64,000 nt of DNA from a virus (IMGVR_UViG_3300042341_001208); one strand, 5' to 3'. Positions 26,193 to 35,765 are shown, counted from the first letter of the stretch. The notes: generated from the sequence alone by a model not told the origin. Program-made: numbers and translations.

Positions 26193-26744
26193 GTGGCCAT
26201 GAAATCTTGTCCACAAACAGAAACCCAATCTGTTCTAGATCACGGATTTTCTGTTAAGAATTACCTATTCGATCTTCTGGATCATTTAGAAAAAGGAACC
26301 CCTTTGAAGTTCGAATGGAAACTTCCAGAATGGATCTACGAGGAGAAAGAATTTATTCTTAAGACCTTACCCTCAAGACAAACTTTAAAGATATACACGG
26401 TGTTTCACGACTGTGGTAAGCCTCAGTGTTTAACCATCGACGAGGAGGGCAAAAGACACTTCCCTAATCACGCAGAGGCTTCGTACAATACTTTCATCAA
26501 TCTCTTTGATGATAATGCAGCAGCGGACTTAATACGCAGAGATATGGACATTCATTTACTTAAGTCCGAAGGTGTATCTGACTTCTGTAAAAATCCCAAT
26601 GCAATAGCATCTTTAATTACTGGACTTGCAGAGATTCACTCTAACGCTGAAATGTTTGGAGGGATCGAGAGCACTAGCTTTAAGATTAAGTGGAAGTGCA
26701 TCTCCAAGAGAGGAAAACAAATTATTCAAACCATAAAAAAATAA
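26193..26744 (+). CDS. possible HD-domain protein
   Basis: VLDHGF, VFHDCGK, FPNHAEAS, D-rich segment in HD-like order; weak. Confidence 0.35.
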   Translation: MAMKSCPQTETQSVLDHGFSVKNYLFDLLDHLEKGTPLKFEWKLPEWIYEEKEFILKTLPSRQTLKIYTVFHDCGKPQCLTIDEEGKRHFPNHAEASYNTFINLFDDNAAADLIRRDMDIHLLKSEGVSDFCKNPNAIASLITGLAEIHSNAEMFGGIESTSFKIKWKCISKRGKQIIQTIKK

Positions 26745-26748
26745 AAAA

Positions 26749-27378
26749 ATGACAACAAAAGAATTTATCAAAATGCTCCAAGATGCAGATCCTACAGGGG
26801 AATCACACATCAGAATGGAAGGAGGGATCCCGATGTACGCAGAAAGAAAACCAGGTTACTGGGATGGACCTTACAGTTACTTCGACGAGGAGGGAAACTG
26901 GGTGTATAGCACAGGGGCATCTAAAGTAGACATCTACTGCGTAGACAGATATGACTATGTGTCTGATATGTTCAGCACTTATAATATTCCTACTTGGGAA
27001 GAAGTCCTTTCTAAGTTTAAATTTAGCCTGGGGTATTCTATTGAATCTCAAAGAAAAGAAAGAGAAGAGGGTAGTCTGAAGGATGCCAAAGAATCTTATG
27101 AACACTCGGTTGAGATGCATCAAAGATTTAGAAAAGAAGGAGAAGAACTGGCATTATCTAGATCGGAAAAGGGATGGACTTGGTTTCAGAATAAGTTGGT
27201 AGACGACACTTCTCTTAGACCAAACATGCACCACTACTATACCTGGATAGCTCTGGACGAGAATGGAAAGGATCAGGGATCTAATCTTCATAACGTCGAA
27301 GCAGTTTATAAGTCAGGTCTATTTGAAAAACACGACAATGGAGTCAAAAAAGGCTATTACCAATGGATAAAAAAATAA
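26749..27378 (+). CDS. hypothetical protein
   Basis: 209-aa ORF, Trp/Tyr-rich, no motif. Confidence 0.45.
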   Translation: MTTKEFIKMLQDADPTGESHIRMEGGIPMYAERKPGYWDGPYSYFDEEGNWVYSTGASKVDIYCVDRYDYVSDMFSTYNIPTWEEVLSKFKFSLGYSIESQRKEREEGSLKDAKESYEHSVEMHQRFRKEGEELALSRSEKGWTWFQNKLVDDTSLRPNMHHYYTWIALDENGKDQGSNLHNVEAVYKSGLFEKHDNGVKKGYYQWIKK

Positions 27379-27405
27379 CAATAAAAAAAATAACAATAAA
27401 AAATC

Positions 27406-27735
27406 ATGAAAACAATCGAACAAAAAAGAGAAGATGCTATAAAGTATCTAAGACAAACTTCAAAACACTTATTTATGGATAAGAAAGAAACCCTAGTAAG
27501 AGTAGTTGAAATCGGACCAGAGGAATTTGAAAGAGTTACCTTGACTAAAGAGGGAAAAGAAGACAAGAGAAAAATTGGACTCGAACATTTCTTTAAGTAC
27601 TATCCAAATGATCCAAAGAACATTTGCAAAGTAAACCTATTTCCAAAGGATCACGGACTAAAATCAGTCAAGATGAAGCTGCTAAAAAAATACCAGCAGA
27701 TGGAAACAATTCCAGATGCTGACCGTATAATTTAA
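27406..27735 (+). CDS. hypothetical protein
   Basis: 109-aa basic ORF. Confidence 0.4.
   Translation: MKTIEQKREDAIKYLRQTSKHLFMDKKETLVRVVEIGPEEFERVTLTKEGKEDKRKIGLEHFFKYYPNDPKNICKVNLFPKDHGLKSVKMKLLKKYQQMETIPDADRII
27721..27730 (+). promoter_or_regulatory. GACCGTATAA variant promoter-like motif
   Basis: 21 nt upstream of DNA methyltransferase ATG 27752. Confidence 0.4.
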
Positions 27736-27751
27736 TAAGAAAAAAAACTTA

Positions 27752-28693
27752 ATGGCAAAAAAATCAGATAGCGTTTACCAAAACGAAATTACCCCAACAG
27801 AAATTCTAACCACAAGATCAGCCATTCCGGCAGACTATCACACGGATGATTTCACAGAAAATTTTCTAGGAGAAATCTTTGATCTAAAGAGTGGAAAGTA
27901 CTACAGTCAGAATGCTAGATCTAGATACTACCCAAAGCAAGAGGACAAGCATCTTTGTCCAGGTCACTGGCAAGGCTACAGATGGGCAATTCAGAATTTG
28001 ACTGAACCTGGAGATTGGGTTTTTGATCCAACTTGCGGAACTGGAACCACTCTAGTTGAGGCTTATAATCACGGTAGAAATTCAGCAGGAGTTGAATTAG
28101 AATTTCCTAAAATCGCTAGGGCAAACATAGATCACCAAAGAGCTAGAACAGATGTATCTGCAAATCTAATGCAAGGTGATGCTAGAGAAACTGCTAAGAA
28201 TTTGGATTCATTGGGAATTAAAAAAGGTCAACTAAGTCTGGTTATTAACGGAACACCATATCCAAAAATCAGTGGTAAATCTTCGGATGCTCCGGAAAGA
28301 AAGAAACTTGTTAAGAAAGTAGAAGGTGAGGAAGAAGCTCCAGAAATGGTTGATAACACTTTTGATTATCAAAATCCTAACAACATCGGTTTAACAAAAG
28401 GAACTGAATATTGGGGATTGGTTAATTCGATGTATACCCAAGCCATTGAGTATTTAAAACCAGGTGGATATTTCGTTATCTTAATTAAGGACATGATTCA
28501 GAACAAGAAGCCATACCTTTTAAGCAGCATGATTGCCAACGAAGTTCTAGAGAACAATCCTGATGTTGAATACCACGGTTTGTATCTTCACAGACACATT
28601 CCAGAAACAATGTTTATGAGAACTTACCCTAAAATGTATCCGGGTGTTCCAGTTCCTTCTTACCAAGCAGGAATAGTTCTAAGAAAAAAATAA
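27752..28693 (+). CDS. DNA methyltransferase (amino-MTase, N6A/N4C type)
   Basis: SAM motif I VFDPTCGTGTTLVEA followed later by motif IV-like LVINGTPYP ((D/N/S)PPY class); promoter variant GACCGTATAA 22 nt upstream. Confidence 0.65.
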   Translation: MAKKSDSVYQNEITPTEILTTRSAIPADYHTDDFTENFLGEIFDLKSGKYYSQNARSRYYPKQEDKHLCPGHWQGYRWAIQNLTEPGDWVFDPTCGTGTTLVEAYNHGRNSAGVELEFPKIARANIDHQRARTDVSANLMQGDARETAKNLDSLGIKKGQLSLVINGTPYPKISGKSSDAPERKKLVKKVEGEEEAPEMVDNTFDYQNPNNIGLTKGTEYWGLVNSMYTQAIEYLKPGGYFVILIKDMIQNKKPYLLSSMIANEVLENNPDVEYHGLYLHRHIPETMFMRTYPKMYPGVPVPSYQAGIVLRKK

Positions 28694-28712
28694 TTTAAAA
28701 CTAAAACTATGA

Positions 28713-28743
28713 AGCTCTAGATTTTCGGATCTAGAGTTTTTTT
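28713..28743 (+). terminator. rho-independent terminator
   Basis: CTCTAGAT-(tttcgg)-ATCTAGAG hairpin followed by TTTTTTT, 20 nt after methyltransferase stop. Confidence 0.7.
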
Positions 28744-28779
28744 GTGAAATATAAATTCGGATTTAATCTATAACGGGTA

Positions 28780-29739
28780 GTGAAAATTACCGAGCACATT
28801 AAGAAAGGAAAAGAGAATAAAAAGACCCTGTTCTCTTTTGAAATACTTCCCCCTGTAAAAGGACAAGATATAAATTCAATCTACAATGCAATAGATGGAC
28901 TTTTGGAATTTAACCCATCATTTATAGATGTTACTTATCATAGGGAAGAATATGCTTTCAGAAAGAATCCCGATGGATCTCTAGTTAAATATTCAACCAA
29001 GAAGAGACCAGGAACAGTTGCTATCTGCTCGGCAATCCAAAACAAATACAATATAGATTCTGTTCCACATTTGATCTGTGGGGGATTTACTAAAGAGGAA
29101 ACTGAAAATGCCCTTATAGATTTAAATTTTTTAGGAATTGATAATATTCTAGCTCTCCGTGGGGATTCTATTAAAGGGGAATCTTCTTACTTGGCAAATC
29201 CAGAAGGAAATAAAAATTCAGTCGAGCTAATGTCTCAGATAAGGGATCTCAATGGAGGAAAATATCTCCTCGATGGATTTGAAGGGGACAAGTCCGATTT
29301 CTGCTACGGCGGAGCTTGCTACCCGGAAAAATATTCAGAATCTCCAAATATGGAATTTGATATAGAATGGATGAAGAAAAAAGTGGAATTAGGGTCAGAA
29401 TACTTCGTTACTCAGATGTTCTTCGATAATAAAGTCTACTGGAAATTTGTTCAAAAGTGCAGAGAGAATGGAATAGACGTTCCAATTATCCCAGGAATAA
29501 AACCAATCACAGCACAGAGTCAAATTTGGGGTTTACCCAAGATCTTTGGAATTCATCTTCCTTACGAGTTATCAAATGATCTAAGAAAAACCGGAACTAA
29601 TTCCGAAGCTGCTGAGATTGGAATCAAATGGGCTGTTGAGCAGTGCAAAGATCTAATTAGAGGGGGAGCTCCAGTTCTTCATTTCTACACGATGTCAAAA
29701 TCCAAATCAACTGCAGCTATCTGCAAGAAGATTTTCTAA
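28780..29739 (+). CDS. metF: 5,10-methylenetetrahydrofolate reductase (MetF/MTHFR family)
   Basis: LFSFEILPP (FEFFPP), FIDVTYH (VSVTYG), VPHLICG, ILALRGD, CYPEKY, VTQMFFDNKVYWKFVQKCRENGIDVPIIPGIKP, VLHFYTM all parallel E. coli MetF; apparent GTG start. Confidence 0.65.
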   Translation: MKITEHIKKGKENKKTLFSFEILPPVKGQDINSIYNAIDGLLEFNPSFIDVTYHREEYAFRKNPDGSLVKYSTKKRPGTVAICSAIQNKYNIDSVPHLICGGFTKEETENALIDLNFLGIDNILALRGDSIKGESSYLANPEGNKNSVELMSQIRDLNGGKYLLDGFEGDKSDFCYGGACYPEKYSESPNMEFDIEWMKKKVELGSEYFVTQMFFDNKVYWKFVQKCRENGIDVPIIPGIKPITAQSQIWGLPKIFGIHLPYELSNDLRKTGTNSEAAEIGIKWAVEQCKDLIRGGAPVLHFYTMSKSKSTAAICKKIF

Positions 29740-29777
29740 TTCGTTGGATATATAGGGGATAAAAATTACTCCCTTAA

Positions 29778-30890
29778 ATGGCTAAAACGTTATTACCCTT
29801 TGCTCTCTATGAAGAGCTTGAAAAGATAGAATCTTTAAATCCAGATGAAATGAGAAATTTCTTGTCTTCTCTTCAGAAGTATTGTGAATCTACAGGAAAA
29901 GATTTTACTAAAGTTTGTACTGACATTGGACTTGAAGCTCCTTCCTGGGCAGGAAAATTGACCCACAAACAGAATGTATTACTAAACTCCCTTATCTCAA
30001 GGGATTATTACAGTGAAGAAGATGAAGGAACCTCTTGGTCAATAAATCCCGAAACCGAAAGACTTGATGTAATTGGGAAATTTAAAATATCATCTTACAA
30101 TAAAGAGAAATGGGGGGAATTAATAGAAATGGGGATAAAAATTGGTAAGGTAAAAGGTTATTTCGACGTTTCCGATTGTGGCATTGATTCATCAGAGGGA
30201 TTCCCTACTGAAGTAACTGGGGATTTTAATATCAGTGGTAATAAATTAACCAATCTAGTTGGATGTCCCGTAAAAGTAGGGGGTAAATACAAATGTGATA
30301 GAAATAAATTAACCTCTTTAGAAGGAGCACCAGAACTATCAGACAATTTTGATTGCAGCGACAATAGTGGTCTAAGAAACTTAAAAGGAGGACCTAAGGA
30401 AGTAACCTCTATTTATTATGCTAATAGATGTAATCTGGATTCTCTAGAAGGGTTTCCTAGTATAATAAGTCCTTCTATATCCATTTATGTAGACAGTAAT
30501 AATCTTTATACACTAGAGGGTATTCCTCTAAGCCCTGCAATTTCTCCTTATAGAATCAGATGCAACAAGAACCCATTAAAAAGTTCAGTTTTAACAAATG
30601 CTTACAAAGAAGCAGCTAGAACTGGAAGCTGGGCAGTTGGATATCTAAGTATGTTTACCGATCCTGAATTCATCAAAACCGGAAAAGCTCCAAAGGATCC
30701 AATTAGAGAAAAATTATCTCCTGCGAATTTAAAGAAAGAAATTGAAACCAACGGGGAAGCTTTTGTAGTTGGTCTTAAATCAATCTGGAAGGATTTCAGG
30801 GTTCAAAAAATTCTAAAAGGAATTGAAATCCCAGAGGACACCAAAGCAGACGCAGAATTGCTAGCAGATTTAGATGACGTTGGACTTTAA
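29778..30890 (+). CDS. repeat protein (about 22-aa N.LTSLEG.P units), C-terminus ELLADLDDVGL
   Basis: Tandem units GDFNISGNKLTNLVGCPVKVGG / KYKCDRNKLTSLEGAPELSDN / CSDNSGLRNLKGGPKEV / RCNLDSLEGFP; terminal DLxxVGL family motif. Confidence 0.5.
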   Translation: MAKTLLPFALYEELEKIESLNPDEMRNFLSSLQKYCESTGKDFTKVCTDIGLEAPSWAGKLTHKQNVLLNSLISRDYYSEEDEGTSWSINPETERLDVIGKFKISSYNKEKWGELIEMGIKIGKVKGYFDVSDCGIDSSEGFPTEVTGDFNISGNKLTNLVGCPVKVGGKYKCDRNKLTSLEGAPELSDNFDCSDNSGLRNLKGGPKEVTSIYYANRCNLDSLEGFPSIISPSISIYVDSNNLYTLEGIPLSPAISPYRIRCNKNPLKSSVLTNAYKEAARTGSWAVGYLSMFTDPEFIKTGKAPKDPIREKLSPANLKKEIETNGEAFVVGLKSIWKDFRVQKILKGIEIPEDTKADAELLADLDDVGL

Positions 30891-30897
30891 TTAATAA

Positions 30898-31428
30898 ATG
30901 AAGTATCTAGAACTATTCGAAGCATTTAATCCCTCCGGGGATAAATTGGGATTTGGAAAACAAATTCAATCCCATATACAACAATTAGTTGGGAAGAATT
31001 TCGGAACCCCTTATGTGGTTACTTCAGCAGAGGTAACAAGAGCTGAAAGTGAAGGGTTTGCAGATCAAAGCGGACAAGGGGATTTAGTTCTAACTTTCAA
31101 AAAAGAATCTCCGGATGAGCTGGACGAACTTATTTCTGATTTAACCTCTGTAGGATTATCAGAAGAAAGGAAGATAGAATTTGGGTGGGACGTTATTGCT
31201 ACGATGGAAACAGAATCTTCTCCAGACGGAGACCCTCTTTGGGATTTAACCTATAACATCTATACAGACTCCCCCGTAGTTTTTCTACAGTTCCCTGAAA
31301 TATTCAGGGGTGAAGTAAAACACCTCTACGACATGTCTTATGGAGTTGGCAGCGTAATCAAAGGGTTAATAGAGAAAACAATAAATCGTTTAGTATACGA
31401 ATCTAAAATGGGTAATAAGAACAAGTAA
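30898..31428 (+). CDS. hypothetical protein of MKxLELFE / DLxxVGL family
   Basis: N-terminus MKYLELFEAFNPSG; internal ELDELISDLTSVGLSEE. Confidence 0.5.
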   Translation: MKYLELFEAFNPSGDKLGFGKQIQSHIQQLVGKNFGTPYVVTSAEVTRAESEGFADQSGQGDLVLTFKKESPDELDELISDLTSVGLSEERKIEFGWDVIATMETESSPDGDPLWDLTYNIYTDSPVVFLQFPEIFRGEVKHLYDMSYGVGSVIKGLIEKTINRLVYESKMGNKNK

Positions 31429-31433
31429 TACCT

Positions 31434-31769
31434 ATGAATCAAACAGTAAACCTACTTAAGACCGGATCCGAATATATTTTAGCTCTTCCGAGAGGGAAAA
31501 GACTAGAAAAAGGAGATTTTGCAATAGGGGTGTCCAACTCTTATTCAAAGGTTTCTTCTGTTAAAGAAGGGGATTATTTTGATGCTAGAATTTACTATCT
31601 TGAAGATGGTAGCTGTCTAGTAAACCCAATTAAAATTGTGGGATTTGAATCCGATATAGATCCAGAGGTTCTAACAAAAATAAAGGAACTTAAAGAAGTT
31701 CCTTTGTATATCGAGATCGTAGAAAACCAGATCGTTCGTGAATCTGGTAAGATTAAAGTTATTTATTAA
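31434..31769 (+). CDS. hypothetical protein
   Basis: 111-aa ORF; last + gene before strand switch. Confidence 0.4.
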   Translation: MNQTVNLLKTGSEYILALPRGKRLEKGDFAIGVSNSYSKVSSVKEGDYFDARIYYLEDGSCLVNPIKIVGFESDIDPEVLTKIKELKEVPLYIEIVENQIVRESGKIKVIY

Positions 31770-32728
31770 ACAAAGTTTCCTTTGCTGTCCATCGGAACGT
31801 GAATGTATTTACCAAATGGAGGTACGTTGAAATTCTTTCCTTTTTCGCAAATAAACCAGAAAACTCTCTTTACGTAATTGTTAATTCCATAGGAGGATTT
31901 ATCAGGATATTCGGCAAATGAATCTGTCAAGTAAATTACTACAGATGGATTAATTTTCTGCTTCTGAATCCAAGCAAACGGTGGAATAAATCCTTTAGCA
32001 TTACCTCCAGTAGAAGCAATCTTTCCAAAGTCTGGTTTACCACCTTTTTTAACAATATCAATAGAATCTATATCGTCTGAACAGTAGATGATATAGGTTG
32101 TGTCTATATCCATCTTTGTGGAAAGATAAAGAACTTCAGAGATAAAGGTTTTGATTTGTTCCTTAGAAATAGATCCCGAGGTATCTACAGGAAGAACTAA
32201 AGTTCTAAGAGTATCTTTACCTGCTCTCTTTCTTCCGTATAAAATATCACCAGATCCTAAAAATCTTCTATTTGGTAGTGTTTCTTCCCATTTATTCAAG
32301 GCACTATCCATGAACTTTTTAAGTTCTTTTTTCCAGTCAATCTTTGGCTTGGTTGTTCTTAAATCTATCAATAGTCTTCTTCCTTTTTCAGAAAGAGATG
32401 CTCCTGCAGAAGACATAGCTGCTCTTGTTGCATTTTCCCACATCGCGGAAACTTTTGATTTGCTTCCGCCCGATCCCATAGCTTGCTTAGAGGTATAGGA
32501 CTTGGTAGATGTTTTGGGTCCCTGTGATGGATTTCTCTCGTAACCTGGACCTGTTTTTGCATTTGGATCTAATTTAGGGGTTTCCACGTCTTCAGGAGCT
32601 TTTTCTAATTCCTGTGGTGAACTTGTTCCTTCTTTTTTATCCCCAGCTTGAGGTTTCTGTTGCCCTGGTTCTACAGTGTCAACATCTACTATAACGAATT
32701 CTCCTTTTTTAACTTGCATTTTATTCAA
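31766..32728 (-). CDS. vWA-domain protein
   Basis: MIDAS LVLPVDTSGSIS (DxSGS) in C-terminal half; N-terminal region basic/Ser-Pro-rich disordered. Confidence 0.6.
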   Translation of the reverse strand: MNKMQVKKGEFVIVDVDTVEPGQQKPQAGDKKEGTSSPQELEKAPEDVETPKLDPNAKTGPGYERNPSQGPKTSTKSYTSKQAMGSGGSKSKVSAMWENATRAAMSSAGASLSEKGRRLLIDLRTTKPKIDWKKELKKFMDSALNKWEETLPNRRFLGSGDILYGRKRAGKDTLRTLVLPVDTSGSISKEQIKTFISEVLYLSTKMDIDTTYIIYCSDDIDSIDIVKKGGKPDFGKIASTGGNAKGFIPPFAWIQKQKINPSVVIYLTDSFAEYPDKSSYGINNYVKRVFWFICEKGKNFNVPPFGKYIHVPMDSKGNFV

Positions 32729-33746
32729 CTATTATATCTCCGTTAGGAAGAACACTTTTTACTACCCCTATTTTACCTGCGTTGGGACCTACCGTAATTC
32801 TAACTCTTTTACCAACTATGCTCTGCTCTCCTTCTCCTGGTTTGTCTCCTTCTCCTGGTTTGTCTCCCGGTTTTCCCTTCCCCTCTTCTTCACCTGGCAT
32901 ATCCCCTGGTTTATCTCCTGGCATATCCCCTGGTTTATCTCCTGGCATATCCCCCGGTTTATCTCCTGGTTTATCTCCTCCTTCTCCCATTTCTTTTTCT
33001 TCTTCTGCCTGATCGTCTCTAACGTCCTGAACTACAGAATTTTCTGAATCCGGTTCTGATAAATCTTCATCAGAATCAATAACGTGGGTTCCAGATTCCT
33101 CGGATTCACCAGAATCCTCAGTTGCTTTTTTCTGCTGTTCTCTGTCTTCTTTTAGAAGATCGTAAATATCTTCAGCTCTCATACCGACATATTTCTCTTC
33201 GAACAATCCCATTCTGCTTCCATCTGGTTGTTTTGGCCACTCGAATTGTCCAGGAACTACTTCTTCATTTAAGATTGGATTGATTGCGTAATCTGCTGCA
33301 TAGTTCCAAAGTAAAGGATTTCTATTTCCTCTTCTGGTCATGTGATCACCTACACAATGTAGAATCTCGTGGCATAAAACAAATCTGATAGCTGCGTCCG
33401 ATTGGCTTAAAACGAAATCCGGATGATATTGAATGTTTAGACCGTTAGTACACATAGTTGTGTATCTTGGATCAGAACTTCCGTAGATGTTTAATTTTGC
33501 TAGTAGCTGAGCGAAGAATCCTTTCTTAGAATTGATCCATAAAAGATTTCTATTTACTTTTACTCTTGCTTGATTTTCTTTATCAGCATCTCCCTCAAAA
33601 AGTTCGTAACTGTTTTTCTCGACCACATATTGGCCAAATTTTTCAATTACTTTAATTCCTTTAGTAGAATTTCTGTTTGATTCTAGGGTAACATGAAACT
33701 TAGCAAACGAGTCTATGATATCGGTATGTATTTTCTTAAATTCCAT
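32721..33746 (-). CDS. DUF2201-type putative metallopeptidase-like protein with acidic, Pro-rich GD(K/M)P repeats
   Basis: VLCHEILHCVGDHMTRRGNRNPLLWNYAADYAINPIL matches putative-metallopeptidase domain usually partnered with vWA and MoxR ATPases; C-terminal (GDKPGDMP)n repeats. Confidence 0.55.
   Translation of the reverse strand: MEFKKIHTDIIDSFAKFHVTLESNRNSTKGIKVIEKFGQYVVEKNSYELFEGDADKENQARVKVNRNLLWINSKKGFFAQLLAKLNIYGSSDPRYTTMCTNGLNIQYHPDFVLSQSDAAIRFVLCHEILHCVGDHMTRRGNRNPLLWNYAADYAINPILNEEVVPGQFEWPKQPDGSRMGLFEEKYVGMRAEDIYDLLKEDREQQKKATEDSGESEESGTHVIDSDEDLSEPDSENSVVQDVRDDQAEEEKEMGEGGDKPGDKPGDMPGDKPGDMPGDKPGDMPGEEEGKGKPGDKPGEGDKPGEGEQSIVGKRVRITVGPNAGKIGVVKSVLPNGDIIVE
32831..32976 (-). repeat. 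in-frame tandem DNA repeats (18-nt x2, then 24-nt x3 plus partial) encoding GD(K/M)P peptide repeats
   Basis: cttctcctggtttgtctc x2 at 32831-32866; cctggcatatcccctggtttatct x3 at 32893-32964. Confidence 0.8.
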
Positions 33747-33756
33747 TAGCTAGAAA

Positions 33757-35310
33757 TTATACTAAACCTTTATCTTTCATTCCACCTTTTACCATCATTG
33801 CTGCTTCAATTCTAAGCTTTCCTTCCGGTGTATCTTTAATTTTTAGTGTTTCTTCGTTTACTCCAAATTCAGGATATTTTTCTTTGATTCTAGCATAAAC
33901 CCATGATAGGATTTCAAGATTGCTTAAACCTTGGTAGTATTTCATGATATTGAATAGATCCTGATCTGTTGCTTTTCCTCCTGACATTTCTTCAGCTTTT
34001 CTTAAAGCCATTTCAAATACTCCATAAGCTACTGAAGAGAAATCTGCTCCTTTTGAAAGTGGTTTAGCTTTTTCTGGATTCTTAACAATATCTTCCAAAT
34101 CTCTATCTGAAATTCTTCTAATAACATCAAGATAAGCTTTTAATTTACCTGCCGCTGATGGACCGATAGCATCTGAGTAGATGTTGTAGATCGTATCTGT
34201 TGGTAGGTCTCTCCAATTTGTAGCTCCCTCGTCTTCCATTTCATCCTTAAGAGATGCTGCTGCATCTGTCCAAGATCTAGGGGTTGGGAATTTAAGAGTT
34301 GCTTTTTCTGTATCTAAGTAGTGGAATAATTCTGGATTTCTTTCTACGAATCCAACAATTTCTGGTTCGAAATCCCCTGGTTTTGATTTAGCCCATTTAG
34401 ACCAAGATTCAACGTCAGGAACAAAGTTAACGATATTGAATCTGTCTGCCATAGCAAAGTCAAATTCTGCAACTTCTCCAGATCCGCTAACGTCTTCTGG
34501 TCTGTTACCAGCTGCTACGATAACCCATTTATCAGGTAATTGATAAGTTCCAACTCTACCCATTTGAACGAACTGCATGATAGCATTCAAAATATATTTG
34601 TTTGCTCTGTTCATCTCGTCCATGAATATAAATCCACCTTTACCTTCTGGTCCATTGTCCGTAGGTAAAACGATAGGAGGATTTGATCTTGTTATTCCTT
34701 TACCTGCAGAAATTAATCTTCCTTCTTCTCCATATTTAGGTTCTTCAATATCAACAACTTTAGGTATTCCTAAAAAGTCTTCCGGTGACATAAATTGCAA
34801 GTCTAAGTTAAGCATAGGAACTCCGGCTGCTTGAGCTGCTTGACCAACGATTTGGGTTTTTCCTATACCTGGAGCTCCGTAGATGAAGATAGGTTTTGCT
34901 CTACCTCCTCTTTGTTTAGATCTGTAAAGTTTACCTAACATGCTCTTAAGTTCAGTAGCGTCCACGTTTCTAACTGTTTGATCTTCTCCTGTATATTCCA
35001 GAGGAACTTGAGCTTCATCTAGGTCAGATATTAAAGACTCATTGACAGGATTCATCTTTGCAAATTCTGTTCCTTTATATAGATTATTAATCTGAGAAAC
35101 TATATTTCCGTTTGCTGGGTCAAAATAAGTAACTGAAGGTGTTCCTTTTTTTGGACCTGCAGGAATCATTTTGATAATACCATCTTTGATAGCCTTTGCG
35201 ATTCTAGCTATCCATCCACCGGCTTTAGAGAGAAAATCTCCAAATCTTGATTCGTTTGTTGTGCTTCTGTTGTTTACATAATCATCGAAGCTAAATACTC
35301 TTTTTCCCAT
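33757..35310 (-). CDS. AAA+ ATPase, MoxR/AAA_5-like
   Basis: Walker A IYGAPGIGKTQIV, Walker B FIFMDEMNRA, sensor region VIVAAGNRPEDVSG; adjacent to vWA + DUF2201 partners. Confidence 0.7.
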   Translation of the reverse strand: MGKRVFSFDDYVNNRSTTNESRFGDFLSKAGGWIARIAKAIKDGIIKMIPAGPKKGTPSVTYFDPANGNIVSQINNLYKGTEFAKMNPVNESLISDLDEAQVPLEYTGEDQTVRNVDATELKSMLGKLYRSKQRGGRAKPIFIYGAPGIGKTQIVGQAAQAAGVPMLNLDLQFMSPEDFLGIPKVVDIEEPKYGEEGRLISAGKGITRSNPPIVLPTDNGPEGKGGFIFMDEMNRANKYILNAIMQFVQMGRVGTYQLPDKWVIVAAGNRPEDVSGSGEVAEFDFAMADRFNIVNFVPDVESWSKWAKSKPGDFEPEIVGFVERNPELFHYLDTEKATLKFPTPRSWTDAAASLKDEMEDEGATNWRDLPTDTIYNIYSDAIGPSAAGKLKAYLDVIRRISDRDLEDIVKNPEKAKPLSKGADFSSVAYGVFEMALRKAEEMSGGKATDQDLFNIMKYYQGLSNLEILSWVYARIKEKYPEFGVNEETLKIKDTPEGKLRIEAAMMVKGGMKDKGLV

Positions 35311-35372
35311 TTTGGTTTTATTGATTTTTTAATTTTTAATTTGGGATATATATCAACAAACAAAAACGAATT

Positions 35373-35765
35373 ATGAAAAACATTAAATTTTTTGAGGACT
35401 TTAATTCCGAAGTTCCATCCCAAGAAATCCACGAAGGACACGGAGAAATGCAGAACTACATGTTCTTTCAAAATCTTCACACGCTTAAAAATGCAATTGA
35501 AGAATTGATTGAATTAGATCCTGTTAAAGTCGATGGTATTCTTGCAGACGGTCACGGATGGGCTTTAGATCACATTGCTACATCAGTAGATGACGTTGAG
35601 GAGGTTTATCACTTCTTATCTAACTCTATTGAAATGGGACATGAAGGGGAAGAACACGGGGAAGACCACGAAGAAGGTCACGAAGAAATGGGGATGGAAA
35701 TCCAAGTTTCACCAGACGAGGTAGAAGTTGAAACTGAAGACGAAGACGAAGAAGACGAAGACTAA
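35373..35765 (+). CDS. acidic His/Glu-rich small protein (MKNIKFFEDF family N-terminus)
   Basis: N-terminus MKNIKFFEDFNSE; C-terminal HEGEEHGEDHEEGHEE and EDEDEEDED tracts. Confidence 0.45.
   Translation: MKNIKFFEDFNSEVPSQEIHEGHGEMQNYMFFQNLHTLKNAIEELIELDPVKVDGILADGHGWALDHIATSVDDVEEVYHFLSNSIEMGHEGEEHGEDHEEGHEEMGMEIQVSPDEVEVETEDEDEEDED

Noticed and set aside
32831-32976. Possible CRISPR array
   Set aside because: The repeats are contiguous with no unique spacers, the units are 18 or 24 nt, and they are in-frame inside a CDS. This is a protein-coding tandem repeat.
32676-33047. Plus-strand ORFs 32676..33047 and 32782..33012 reading the tandem repeat as SPG/ISPG repeats
   Set aside because: They read the repeat tract on the strand opposite the motif-bearing DUF2201 gene. 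The minus-strand frame carries HEILH and continues for 341 aa.
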